This document shows, in pieces, positions 1 through 6,132 of a stretch of 20,000 nucleotides of DNA (the first letter of the stretch is position 1; each line of letters starts with the position of its first letter). Origin of the DNA: an uncultured virus (IMG/VR IMGVR_UViG_3300003324_000404) (lineage: Duplodnaviria > Heunggongvirae > Uroviricota > Caudoviricetes); the IMG/VR virus record IMGVR_UViG_3300003324_000404; one strand, 5' to 3'. The notes beneath the pieces were generated by a model, which saw nothing but the letters and a program-made list of their open reading frames with translations, ran no database searches and was not told the origin of the DNA. A program made the position numbers and the translations under genes.

Positions 1-612
1 TTCGCTGTAATCATCCCACTGCTTCTTCTCAGGCTTCTCCGGAAGCGTGGTAACGGTTGCGACGGGTCCTTCGATCGACGGGATGCCGTCATCGCCCGGA
101 TAGACCGGAGGCTCTGAGAGAATCTTTCCAGGAGGGAATCCCTCGGTTTCAACGTCAGGTACTGGATGAATATCCGGGCGCTCTGCCCGGATCTTCGCAG
201 CAGCCTCCTGCATCTCCTTCGGCCAGATGCCCTCCATGAACTTGTTTGCGCGATTCGGATCCTCGAAGAGGTACCAGATGAACGCATCGAACGCGCCTGT
301 GGCAACGAAACGATCCCAGATCTCGTTGCTCTTGCGGAACTCGAGACCGTCCGGACCGTGCTCCTGGATTCCGTAGGCGTGCTTGACAAGGATCTTGACG
401 ATGTCGAGCATCTCCCGAATCTCCGGAGGAGTCATCTTGCGCTCAGGATCCGGGTTCTCCCCGATGACATTTTCCTGGAAAGCCTTGAACCTCGCCTCCA
501 GTGCCTCCAGCTCCATGTCGTGGGCGACTTCGAACCGCGTCAGGTTGAAGAACAGCGTACGGTTCATGGGCTTGCCGTCGAAACCCTCCCACTGGATGTG
601 CTGCTTAAGCAT
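1..612 (-). CDS. conserved phage hypothetical protein (3' end runs off the window)
   Basis: Manual translation MLKQHIQWEGFDGKPMNRTLFFNLTRFE... is open from 612 to the window edge. The start overlaps the stop of the upstream gene. It is absent from the ORF track because there is no stop in the window. Confidence 0.85.
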   Translation of the reverse strand, partial: MLKQHIQWEGFDGKPMNRTLFFNLTRFEVAHDMELEALEARFKAFQENVIGENPDPERKMTPPEIREMLDIVKILVKHAYGIQEHGPDGLEFRKSNEIWDRFVATGAFDAFIWYLFEDPNRANKFMEGIWPKEMQEAAAKIRAERPDIHPVPDVETEGFPPGKILSEPPVYPGDDGIPSIEGPVATVTTLPEKPEKKQWDDYSE

Positions 613-808
613 GTGCTTCCTTTCCGAAGAGCATTTCCTGCTCTTGTGATTCGAGATTCTTGGTTTGCAGGACTTCACCGCTTGTGTCTGTGATCATGGC
701 GGAGTGCCAGCGACCATAAACGGCTTCAGCGTCCTCGAGGTAGGTGGTCTGCGCGATCTCAACGAACTCTTCGTTCGCGGCTTGTCGAAAGACCTTGTAT
801 CTGAGCAT
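605..808 (-). CDS. hypothetical protein, 67 aa
   Basis: MLRYKVFRQ... with AGGAGAACC immediately before the ATG at 808; start shortened relative to the ORF track. Confidence 0.8.
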   Translation of the reverse strand: MLRYKVFRQAANEEFVEIAQTTYLEDAEAVYGRWHSAMITDTSGEVLQTKNLESQEQEMLFGKEAHA

Positions 809-821
809 GGTTCTCCTAGAG

Positions 822-860
822 AGAAAGAGAGACCCAATGCATGGGGTCATTGGGCCTCTC
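822..860 (-). terminator. intrinsic terminator-like hairpin
   Basis: GAGAGGCCCAATG...CATTGGGTCTCTC stem followed by TTTCT, just after the stop at 876. Confidence 0.65.
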
Positions 861-875
861 GGTCTGGGGATCTGT

Positions 876-1085
876 TCAGTTGTCGTTGGTGTTCGTGTCG
901 TCGGTCTCGACGTGGAGGTCGACGGACGCCGAACCGCTCGCGTTGAGGCGCTTCTTCACGTAGAGGAGCGCTGCGACGGCACCGCCGGCGATGGCGGCGC
1001 GCTTGGCGTTCTTCTTGGTGACGAGGCGCTCCCTGAGCGAGGGCTTCGGGGTCTCGACGACCACTGGGTCGTGGATCGTGGACAT
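876..1085 (-). CDS. small membrane-anchored protein, 69 aa
   Basis: MSTIHDPVV... has a hydrophobic AAIAGGAVAALLYV segment and a purine-rich RBS, and lies downstream of a 27-bp motif copy. Confidence 0.8.
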   Translation of the reverse strand: MSTIHDPVVVETPKPSLRERLVTKKNAKRAAIAGGAVAALLYVKKRLNASGSASVDLHVETDDTNTNDN

Positions 1086-1117
1086 GTTTGCCTTCTTTCT
1101 TGGGAACAGGTTTCCGT

Positions 1118-1144
1118 TCATTATGTACCGTGTAATTCTCGCGA
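1118..1144 (-). promoter_or_regulatory. 27-bp cassette motif, outlying copy
   Basis: TCGCGAGAATTACACGGTACATAATGA matches TCGC-N8-C-N6-(T/C)ATAAT-GA. Confidence 0.7.
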
Positions 1145-1222
1145 CTTACCCGCAGTCAAAGAAGCAGTCAAGCATTCCTCGAGGCTCGAGAAACCACAAT
1201 GATGACTCTCTTTGACTGCTCT

Positions 1223-1984
1223 TCAGAAATCCGGCACCGGGTCCTTCGTGAAGTCGATCAACGTCACCGCAGTTCCGTTATCGAGCAGCACCGGCGTGAG
1301 CACCAGATCACACTGAGTTCCCGATCGCCACCCGAGGATGTTCCCGATGCTCGTGTTCTCGAGTCCGAGCTCGTCGTAAAACGTGTTGAGGGACGTTCCA
1401 CGTTGATTGTTGGCCTCGAAATTGACGAAATTCATGGCCCTCTTGACCTCCTCCTGTGTTGACAGGAAGACCTTGTTGGTCGTGGCGTCCTTGAACCATG
1501 ACTTCCCCTCCGGAGTGATGTATCCGGCGGGCAGATCGCTCTCCTTGATCTTCTTCTTGGCGATGTCGTGGTTGATCTCGTCCATCTTCTTGAGCCCAAG
1601 CTGCTCGGCAGCCTTGTCGCGGAACTCATCGAAGTCTCCGGAGAGAACTCCGTATGCTGCGGCCAGTGCGGCGAGCCGCCGAGCCTGAACTCGGTTCGCA
1701 GCCACGATGCAGACGACCGTCATTACCCCGGTCGTTGCAGCAGGCACGTAGTACTTCCACGTCTTCTCGATCACGGCCTTGCGGGTGAACTCGAATGTCT
1801 GGTTTCCGCTCTCGACCTTGGCGACGATCTCTTCGTGCTGGATCTGTCGTGCGGCCTTCCATGTTGCCTTGACGGTGAGGTAGGTGGTGACGCCGATCCC
1901 GGCAACACCCAGAACCGTGAGAATCTGTGGCGATTCCTTGGCTACGAACTTCCCCACGTCCTTGGTGATGTGCTTGAGATTCAC
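1223..1984 (-). CDS. conserved phage protein with two N-terminal hydrophobic helices (DUF6353-like)
   Basis: GTG start overlaps the upstream TGA (GTGA). The KESPQILTVLGVAG...KAT and 'KTWKYYVPAA' pattern is recalled from DUF6353-type phage proteins; not searched. Confidence 0.75.
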   Translation of the reverse strand: MNLKHITKDVGKFVAKESPQILTVLGVAGIGVTTYLTVKATWKAARQIQHEEIVAKVESGNQTFEFTRKAVIEKTWKYYVPAATTGVMTVVCIVAANRVQARRLAALAAAYGVLSGDFDEFRDKAAEQLGLKKMDEINHDIAKKKIKESDLPAGYITPEGKSWFKDATTNKVFLSTQEEVKRAMNFVNFEANNQRGTSLNTFYDELGLENTSIGNILGWRSGTQCDLVLTPVLLDNGTAVTLIDFTKDPVPDF

Positions 1985-2091
1985 TGGTAATCCTCTTCTT
2001 CTCTGAAGTCCTGCACAAACTGGCGAACCTTGGGGTAGGCCAGCGTTCCGATCGCGATCCACTGAAGGATCTCATTGATGAGTTCAATCAC
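1981..2091 (-). CDS. small hypothetical protein, 36 aa
   Basis: (M)IELINEILQWIAIGTLAYPKVRQFVQDFREEEDYQ, with GTGA overlaps at both ends. Confidence 0.65.
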   Translation of the reverse strand: MIELINEILQWIAIGTLAYPKVRQFVQDFREEEDYQ

Positions 2092-2249
2092 CTTCTTGCC
2101 TTTCGCATCTCCCTGACAAATATCCAGATGAGCCAAACCGGGAAGCCGCCAAAGATGGCGGCTGTGATCAAGCACATGAAGACGTCGAACAGAAACGCGA
2201 GACACCCATACTGCTTGGGTGCTTGCTCGATGAAGATGTACTTGGTCAT
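2088..2249 (-). CDS. small membrane protein, 53 aa
   Basis: MTKYIFIEQAPKQYGCLAFLFDVFMCLITAAIFGGFPVWLIWIFVREMRKARR, with a TGATG overlap with the upstream gene. Confidence 0.75.
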   Translation of the reverse strand: MTKYIFIEQAPKQYGCLAFLFDVFMCLITAAIFGGFPVWLIWIFVREMRKARR

Positions 2250-2419
2250 CAGAGATCAGCCACCGCTTGCTTGAACGAGTTGATTCGGCCTTCGACCGTC
2301 TGGACAGTGTCGGCAACCATCGTCTGGGCTCGCTTGGCTCCGACAAGGATGACCACAAGCGTGGTCGTGGAAACTACCAAGCTGGTAGTTGCGATGATGA
2401 GAGTTGCGAGTTGCATCAT
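2249..2419 (-). CDS. small membrane protein, 56 aa
   Basis: MMQLATLIIATTSLVVSTTTLVVILVG... with an ATGA overlap and an AGGAG RBS. Confidence 0.75.
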   Translation of the reverse strand: MMQLATLIIATTSLVVSTTTLVVILVGAKRAQTMVADTVQTVEGRINSFKQAVADL

Positions 2420-2796
2420 GACTCCTGTGGAATTGAGAACTTCTTGACATACCAGGCATACGAAGCGTCGTACGTGCGCTTCGCCAGAGTTCCGTCCGGG
2501 TAACGGGCGAGGAACTTTACAAGAGGCGAGCTCGGAATTGTTCGCCCGGCTTCGTCTTCCTGGAATCGAGGCTCGATTTCCACTCGAACTACCTCGCACC
2601 ACCGGTTGCACTCCAAGATGCGCTTCCGGTCGTACTTGTTGTCGAACCCGTCAATGTCGGCCTTCATGAGGGACGACTCAACTAGCACAATCATTCCCGG
2701 CCTGAGCTCCGTTCCGTCGAACAACAGGTCGTCGTCCTCGGGGTTCATGACGTAATCGCGATCAACAAAGAGGGACTGCATGTCTTGCTCGTTCAT
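2416..2796 (-). CDS. hypothetical protein, 126 aa
   Basis: ORF track; AAGGAGATCCCAAC precedes the ATG. Confidence 0.85.
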   Translation of the reverse strand: MNEQDMQSLFVDRDYVMNPEDDDLLFDGTELRPGMIVLVESSLMKADIDGFDNKYDRKRILECNRWCEVVRVEIEPRFQEDEAGRTIPSSPLVKFLARYPDGTLAKRTYDASYAWYVKKFSIPQES

Positions 2797-2838
2797 GTTG
2801 GGATCTCCTTAGCTCTTCTAGCATGGACAGAAATATAA

Positions 2839-2890
2839 AGGAGCTGCGCGGCCCCTTATAGGGTGGCAGGGTAGACTACTACCTTCTCCT
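2839..2890 (-). ncRNA. putative small structured RNA 3 (~52 nt)
   Basis: An AGGAG/CTCCT closing stem encloses GGTAG-TAGT-CTACC and CTGC..CCCT-ATA-AGGG..GCAG hairpins. It starts right after the motif hexamer, has a T-rich tail and contains no ORF. Confidence 0.5.
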
Positions 2891-2934
2891 ATTATAGGCC
2901 AAGATTTTTTTGCGAGGTCTCAGCCAAAAGTTAA

Positions 2935-3035
2935 GAGAAGCTGATTTTCTCATTTCAATTAGCTGGGTCAGCGCTCCAGTGTCACCTGGTTGCATACCAT
3001 TCAATCCCACAATCGAGTGGGAACTAATACTTCTC
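2935..3035 (-). ncRNA. putative structured RNA 2 (~101 nt)
   Basis: GAGAAG/CTTCTC closing stem, ATTAGTT/AGCTAAT helix, TCCCAC/GTGGGA and CCAG/CTGG hairpins, and a T-rich tail. It sits between two motif copies. Confidence 0.6.
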
Positions 3036-3064
3036 ATTAGAGGCGTTGCAAATTCTGCGAAAAT

Positions 3065-3192
3065 TGGAGAGAAGAGGTACAACGCCCAACTAAAACGTTG
3101 TCGTTAAGTGGCTGTTTGGTCCGTGCCACCACGCCGCCCAGGATTCGAACCTGGACATTAGTGTGTCGGCATCCCTTACGGGATCTCTTCTC
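3065..3192 (-). ncRNA. putative tRNA-like structured RNA 1 (~128 nt)
   Basis: 8-bp GAGAAGAG/CTCTTCTC closing stem plus a 3' TCCA, an ATCCC-GTAA-GGGAT GNRA hairpin, a T-arm CCAGG-TTCGAAT-CCTGG (3138-3154), and GTGGC/GCCAC and ACAACG/CGTTGT hairpins. Confidence 0.7.
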
Positions 3193-3225
3193 ATAAGACG
3201 CCGTGTTTTTCTCGCGATTGCGCAG

Positions 3226-3256
3226 AAAACTACACCCCAGGTTTCAGGGTGTAGTT
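3226..3256 (-). terminator. intrinsic terminator
   Basis: AACTACACCC...GGGTGTAGTT stem plus a T run after the stop at 3264. Confidence 0.8.
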
Positions 3257-3263
3257 GTCGGCC

Positions 3264-3404
3264 TCAGCGAAGTGTGGCGTAGGTCTTCTTCGTCGACTTG
3301 ACGGCTCCTCGGATGACGAACATGACGATCTTGTACGGGATGTACATGACAGCCATGAAAGCCAGGAAGAGGAAGGTGTTTCTCATCAGTTCGAAGATGT
3401 CCAC
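3264..3404 (-). CDS. small membrane protein, 46 aa (cassette gene)
   Basis: GTG-start MDIFELMRNTFLFLAFMAVMYIPYKIVMFVIRGAVKSTKKTYATLR, with an AAAGGAAA RBS, lying between a motif and a terminator. Confidence 0.75.
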   Translation of the reverse strand: MDIFELMRNTFLFLAFMAVMYIPYKIVMFVIRGAVKSTKKTYATLR

Positions 3405-3462
3405 GTGTTTTCCTTTCGTTTGGGGTCATTATAGGCCTAGAAATTCCCGCGAAGCCATACAC

Positions 3463-3488
3463 AAAAGGAGAGCCTAGGTAGGCTCTCC
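3463..3488 (-). terminator. intrinsic terminator
   Basis: GGAGAGCCT-ACCT-AGGCTCTCC-TTTT. Confidence 0.85.
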
Positions 3489-3493
3489 CGGTC

Positions 3494-3697
3494 TCAGCTA
3501 TTGAGTTCTTCCCAGTATTCGGGGCTGTAGAACTCGATCGGGTCGATGCCCTTCTCCTCCAAGAACGCGTAAAACGCTTTCACGTTGCTCTGTTGAAGAG
3601 CGATGGCGCCGGCGGCGACCATTGTCATCAGGTAAGCAACCTTGTTTCGCTTGACGTGGTTCTTGAATGAGACGGCAGTCTGTACGATGCGGTCCAT
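3494..3697 (-). CDS. small protein with one hydrophobic segment, 67 aa (cassette gene)
   Basis: ORF track; AAAGGAGAAGAA RBS. Confidence 0.85.
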   Translation of the reverse strand: MDRIVQTAVSFKNHVKRNKVAYLMTMVAAGAIALQQSNVKAFYAFLEEKGIDPIEFYSPEYWEELNS

Positions 3698-3744
3698 TTC
3701 TTCTCCTTTGTTGGGGTCATTATAGGGCCAGAATATCCCGCGAC

Positions 3745-3780
3745 AAAAGACCTAGAGCCCGTGTATGGGCCCTAGGGTCT
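3745..3780 (-). terminator. intrinsic terminator
   Basis: AGACCCTAGGGCCC-ATACAC-GGGCTCTAGGTCT-TTT. Confidence 0.8.
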
Positions 3781-3783
3781 TGA

Positions 3784-3990
3784 TCAGCTTTCCGCAGGTT
3801 GTTCCTTCTTCCACTGTTCGCGCTTCTTGCGCTCTCGGTAAAGCTCGTATGACTCCTTTGCCCAGAACACGACGAGCAGCATGGCTGTCAGCTTGAGCTG
3901 CCAGATGAAATTCGCCTTGGTTCGAGGGTGGAGGTAGTCGGGGGTACGAGCGTTCCAAGCGGTTTCGAGCTTCTTGAACGGGTGGTACAT
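3784..3990 (-). CDS. small membrane protein, 68 aa (cassette gene)
   Basis: MYHPFKKLETAW... follows AAAGGAGACCCCA; has a hydrophobic LTAMLLVVFW segment. Confidence 0.85.
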   Translation of the reverse strand: MYHPFKKLETAWNARTPDYLHPRTKANFIWQLKLTAMLLVVFWAKESYELYRERKKREQWKKEQPAES

Positions 3991-4040
3991 TGGGGTCTCC
4001 TTTGTTGGGTCTGTCATCATAGGCCTTGAAATATCTGCGA

Positions 4041-4066
4041 AAAGCAAGAGCCCTTGCGGGCTCTGC
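4041..4066 (-). terminator. intrinsic terminator
   Basis: GCAGAGCCC-GCAA-GGGCTCTTGC-TTT (GNRA loop). Confidence 0.85.
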
Positions 4067-4068
4067 CT

Positions 4069-4272
4069 TTAGGCCTCGTCGAAACGAAGTCCGGGGATAA
4101 GTGATCGATGCCACTTCAGCTTGACAATCCACAGTGTTTCCGGCATTTCTGCTGGTACCGGATCTCTCAGAAGCATCCACTCAATGAGTTGGTGCCTCAG
4201 GTTCCATCGACGGTAGTAAACCGTGCCGAATTCTGTGGTGGTGTCAAGGAAGAACGGCTTTCGCTTAAACAT
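4069..4272 (-). CDS. hypothetical protein, 67 aa (cassette gene; paralog of 4915-5118)
   Basis: MFKRKPFFLD... follows AAAGGAGACCGC. Confidence 0.85.
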   Translation of the reverse strand: MFKRKPFFLDTTTEFGTVYYRRWNLRHQLIEWMLLRDPVPAEMPETLWIVKLKWHRSLIPGLRFDEA

Positions 4273-4319
4273 GCGGTCTCCTTTGTTTGGGGTCATTATA
4301 GGCATGGAATATCCGGCGA

Positions 4320-4345
4320 AAAGGAGAAGCATTGCTGCTTCTCCT
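4320..4345 (-). terminator. intrinsic terminator
   Basis: AGGAGAAGCA-GCAA-TGCTTCTCCT-TT. Confidence 0.85.
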
Positions 4346-4350
4346 AGGGA

Positions 4351-4521
4351 TTATGACTTGTACTTCCGGTTGTAGATGTTGTCGGCGGTCAGCCACGGGT
4401 GCTTCAAAGACACGTCCGGCTCGTTCCACCCAAACTTGGCACACTCGACGAAGTAGTCGATGTAGTTCAGGCAGTAGCCGAGGTAGACGAGTCCGGCACC
4501 GATGGCGAGCTTCTTCAGCAT
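4351..4521 (-). CDS. small protein with hydrophobic N-terminus, 56 aa (cassette gene)
   Basis: Manual translation MLKKLAIGAGLVYLGYCLNYIDYFVECAKFGWNEPDVSLKHPWLTADNIYNRKYKS; AAGGAGAAACA RBS. Confidence 0.8.
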   Translation of the reverse strand: MLKKLAIGAGLVYLGYCLNYIDYFVECAKFGWNEPDVSLKHPWLTADNIYNRKYKS

Positions 4522-4572
4522 TGTTTCTCCTTCTGTTGGGGTCTTTCACTATAGACCCAGTAAATATCGCGA

Positions 4573-4598
4573 AAGAAGAGAGGCCTTGCGGCCTCTCT
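4573..4598 (-). terminator. intrinsic terminator
   Basis: AGAGAGGCC-GCAA-GGCCTCTCT-TCTT. Confidence 0.85.
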
Positions 4599-4601
4599 AG
4601 T

Positions 4602-4838
4602 CTACTCCTTGATTTCGTAGACGTTGTATTTCAGAACATTTCCGTAAGGCATCGGCTGGCGATAGAGCTCGATTCCGTACTTTCCGGGTTCGCGAATCTG
4701 GCCCGATTCGATGGCGGCGTTCATGGCTTCTGCATAAAGCGTCAGCGATGGATCGCCTCCGTCATGGATGGGCAGAGGCGGAGGGAAAGTGGCGAGCTCC
4801 ACCACATAGCAATGATGTCCTTCGATGTCTTGAAACAT
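4602..4838 (-). CDS. hypothetical protein, 78 aa (cassette gene)
   Basis: MFQDIEGHH... follows AGGAGACCCT. Confidence 0.85.
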   Translation of the reverse strand: MFQDIEGHHCYVVELATFPPPLPIHDGGDPSLTLYAEAMNAAIESGQIREPGKYGIELYRQPMPYGNVLKYNVYEIKE

Positions 4839-4885
4839 AGGGTCTCCTAGTGTTGGGGTCATTATAGGCCTGGAATATCCGGCGA

Positions 4886-4910
4886 AAAGGAGAGCCTTTG
4901 CAGGCTCTCC
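4886..4910 (-). terminator. intrinsic terminator
   Basis: GGAGAGCCT-GCAA-AGGCTCTCC-TTT. Confidence 0.85.
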
Positions 4911-4914
4911 AGGG

Positions 4915-5118
4915 TCAGGCCTCTCGGAACACGAGACCGGGGAGCACTACGCGACGGCGTCGTTCGAGTGTGACGATCCAGAAGCCATCGGGAAGGTCGT
5001 CAGGAATTCCCACATGCTTGAGATTCCACTGAATGTAGCGGTTTCTCAACGTGCGAACTTTGACGCTGTGATGGATTTCCGAACCGTCTTTGTCGACGTA
5101 ATAGCCACGTCTTTGCAT
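4915..5118 (-). CDS. hypothetical protein, 67 aa (cassette gene; paralog of 4069-4272)
   Basis: ORF track; AAAGGAAACC RBS. Confidence 0.85.
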   Translation of the reverse strand: MQRRGYYVDKDGSEIHHSVKVRTLRNRYIQWNLKHVGIPDDLPDGFWIVTLERRRRVVLPGLVFREA

Positions 5119-5166
5119 TTCGGTTTCCTTTCTTTGGGGTCATTATAGGCCATGAATATCCAGCGA

Positions 5167-5193
5167 AAAGCAGACCCAATGAAGGGTCTGCTT
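5167..5193 (-). terminator. intrinsic terminator
   Basis: AAGCAGACCC-TTCATT-GGGTCTGCTT-TT. Confidence 0.85.
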
Positions 5194-5197
5194 GGGG

Positions 5198-5413
5198 TCA
5201 ACTCGTATATCCAAAGGAATGAGTGTCGATCATTTCCAGAGTTCTGTCTGTACGATCGGCGGGATGGATGTAGGCATAAAGGCCGTATTGGGCATTGAGC
5301 TCGATAGCAGCTTTAACAGCGTCTTCGAGCGTCTCCCACTTGAGCCATGTGTCTGCAGGTCCACCGAGGCCGGTTGACGTAACAACCATGTTACTCAGTG
5401 TGATAATGAACAT
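5198..5413 (-). CDS. hypothetical protein, 71 aa (cassette gene)
   Basis: ORF track; AAGGAGACCCGC RBS. Confidence 0.85.
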   Translation of the reverse strand: MFIITLSNMVVTSTGLGGPADTWLKWETLEDAVKAAIELNAQYGLYAYIHPADRTDRTLEMIDTHSFGYTS

Positions 5414-5464
5414 GCGGGTCTCCTTGGGTCTTATGAGTCATTATAGGCCTAGAATATCCCGCGA

Positions 5465-5490
5465 AAAGGAGAGCCTGTGTCGGCTCTCCT
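5465..5490 (-). terminator. intrinsic terminator
   Basis: AGGAGAGCC-GACACA-GGCTCTCCT-TT. Confidence 0.85.
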
Positions 5491-5495
5491 GGGTT

Positions 5496-5735
5496 CTAGA
5501 CCCTCGCGTTTACGAGGTCCATGTACTTCTCGGTCAGCTCAGTGAGGTTGTCATCGAAGTAGTTGACCATGGCGGCGTGATCGGAATCGTCATCAAGCGG
5601 GTCGTCAAGAGCTGCCTGCTTCATCGCGTAGTAGTACGCGATTCTGCGAGCAACGTCGTCGAGTTCGTCGTCGGTGCGAGCGATCACCATCTCCAGGTAC
5701 TCTTCGGTGATGGTCACGAGGTTGTCGATAGACAT
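5496..5735 (-). CDS. highly acidic hypothetical protein, 79 aa (cassette gene)
   Basis: MSIDNLVTITEEY... follows AAAGGAGATAGC; D/E-rich. Confidence 0.85.
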   Translation of the reverse strand: MSIDNLVTITEEYLEMVIARTDDELDDVARRIAYYYAMKQAALDDPLDDDSDHAAMVNYFDDNLTELTEKYMDLVNARV

Positions 5736-5786
5736 GCTATCTCCTTTTGTTGGGGTCATTATAGGCCTGGTAAGTATTGCGAGCAC

Positions 5787-5830
5787 AAAAATATAGAGCC
5801 CCTGTAGATTGTGCTACAGGGGTCCTATAT
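5787..5830 (-). terminator. intrinsic terminator
   Basis: ATATAGGACCCCTGTAG...CTACAGGGGCTCTATAT-TTTT. Confidence 0.8.
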
Positions 5831-5847
5831 CGTCCTTCTGACGGTCC

Positions 5848-6132
5848 TCAGCGGAGTTTTCCGGCGAAGTTTAGGGCTCTCGAGCCGATCACGTGTCCGT
5901 GTTCGTATGCGACGATGACGAGGATTCCGAGGAGGTTCGCTCCTGCGATGACCCAGGTGTCGGGATTGACAGCTCTCTTGGAGTGCTTCTCCTTGAGCTT
6001 GTACAATCTCTCCAGCCGGTTCAGGCAGGTGGCGTACGCCTCAGAATCCCCATCCATCGAGCGCATGTCGTCTTCGAGCGTCTTGATCGTGAGATCGAGG
6101 CTCTGAGCTTCATCCGAGACTTTGCTCAGCAA
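5848..6132 (-). CDS. small phage protein with C-terminal membrane segment, 94 aa
   Basis: TTG start after AAAGGAGACCCCA; coiled-coil-like N-terminus and a PDTWVIAGANLLGILVIVAYE segment. Confidence 0.85.
   Translation of the reverse strand: MLSKVSDEAQSLDLTIKTLEDDMRSMDGDSEAYATCLNRLERLYKLKEKHSKRAVNPDTWVIAGANLLGILVIVAYEHGHVIGSRALNFAGKLR

Noticed and set aside
2879..3107. ORF-track ORFs 2879-3082 (-) and 2910-3107 (+)
   Set aside because: They lack an RBS, run through motif copies and paired regions, and lack the codon bias of real genes here.
3110..3200. Canonical tRNA gene
   Set aside because: The T-arm is perfect, but there is no D-arm, no 7-nt anticodon loop and no CCA at the correct spacing. 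Kept as a tRNA-like RNA instead.
3244..3462. ORF-track 72-aa ORF
   Set aside because: It starts upstream of the motif and runs into the terminator. The 3264-3404 frame has the RBS and fits the unit.
3784..5786. Longer starts for cassette ORFs reading through the motif (e.g. MTPT.., PIMTP..)
   Set aside because: The shared peptide is just the translated repeat, and strong AGGAG RBS sites mark downstream starts. Leaderless initiation at the motif ATG cannot be excluded for in-frame cases, but it is not in frame in all units.
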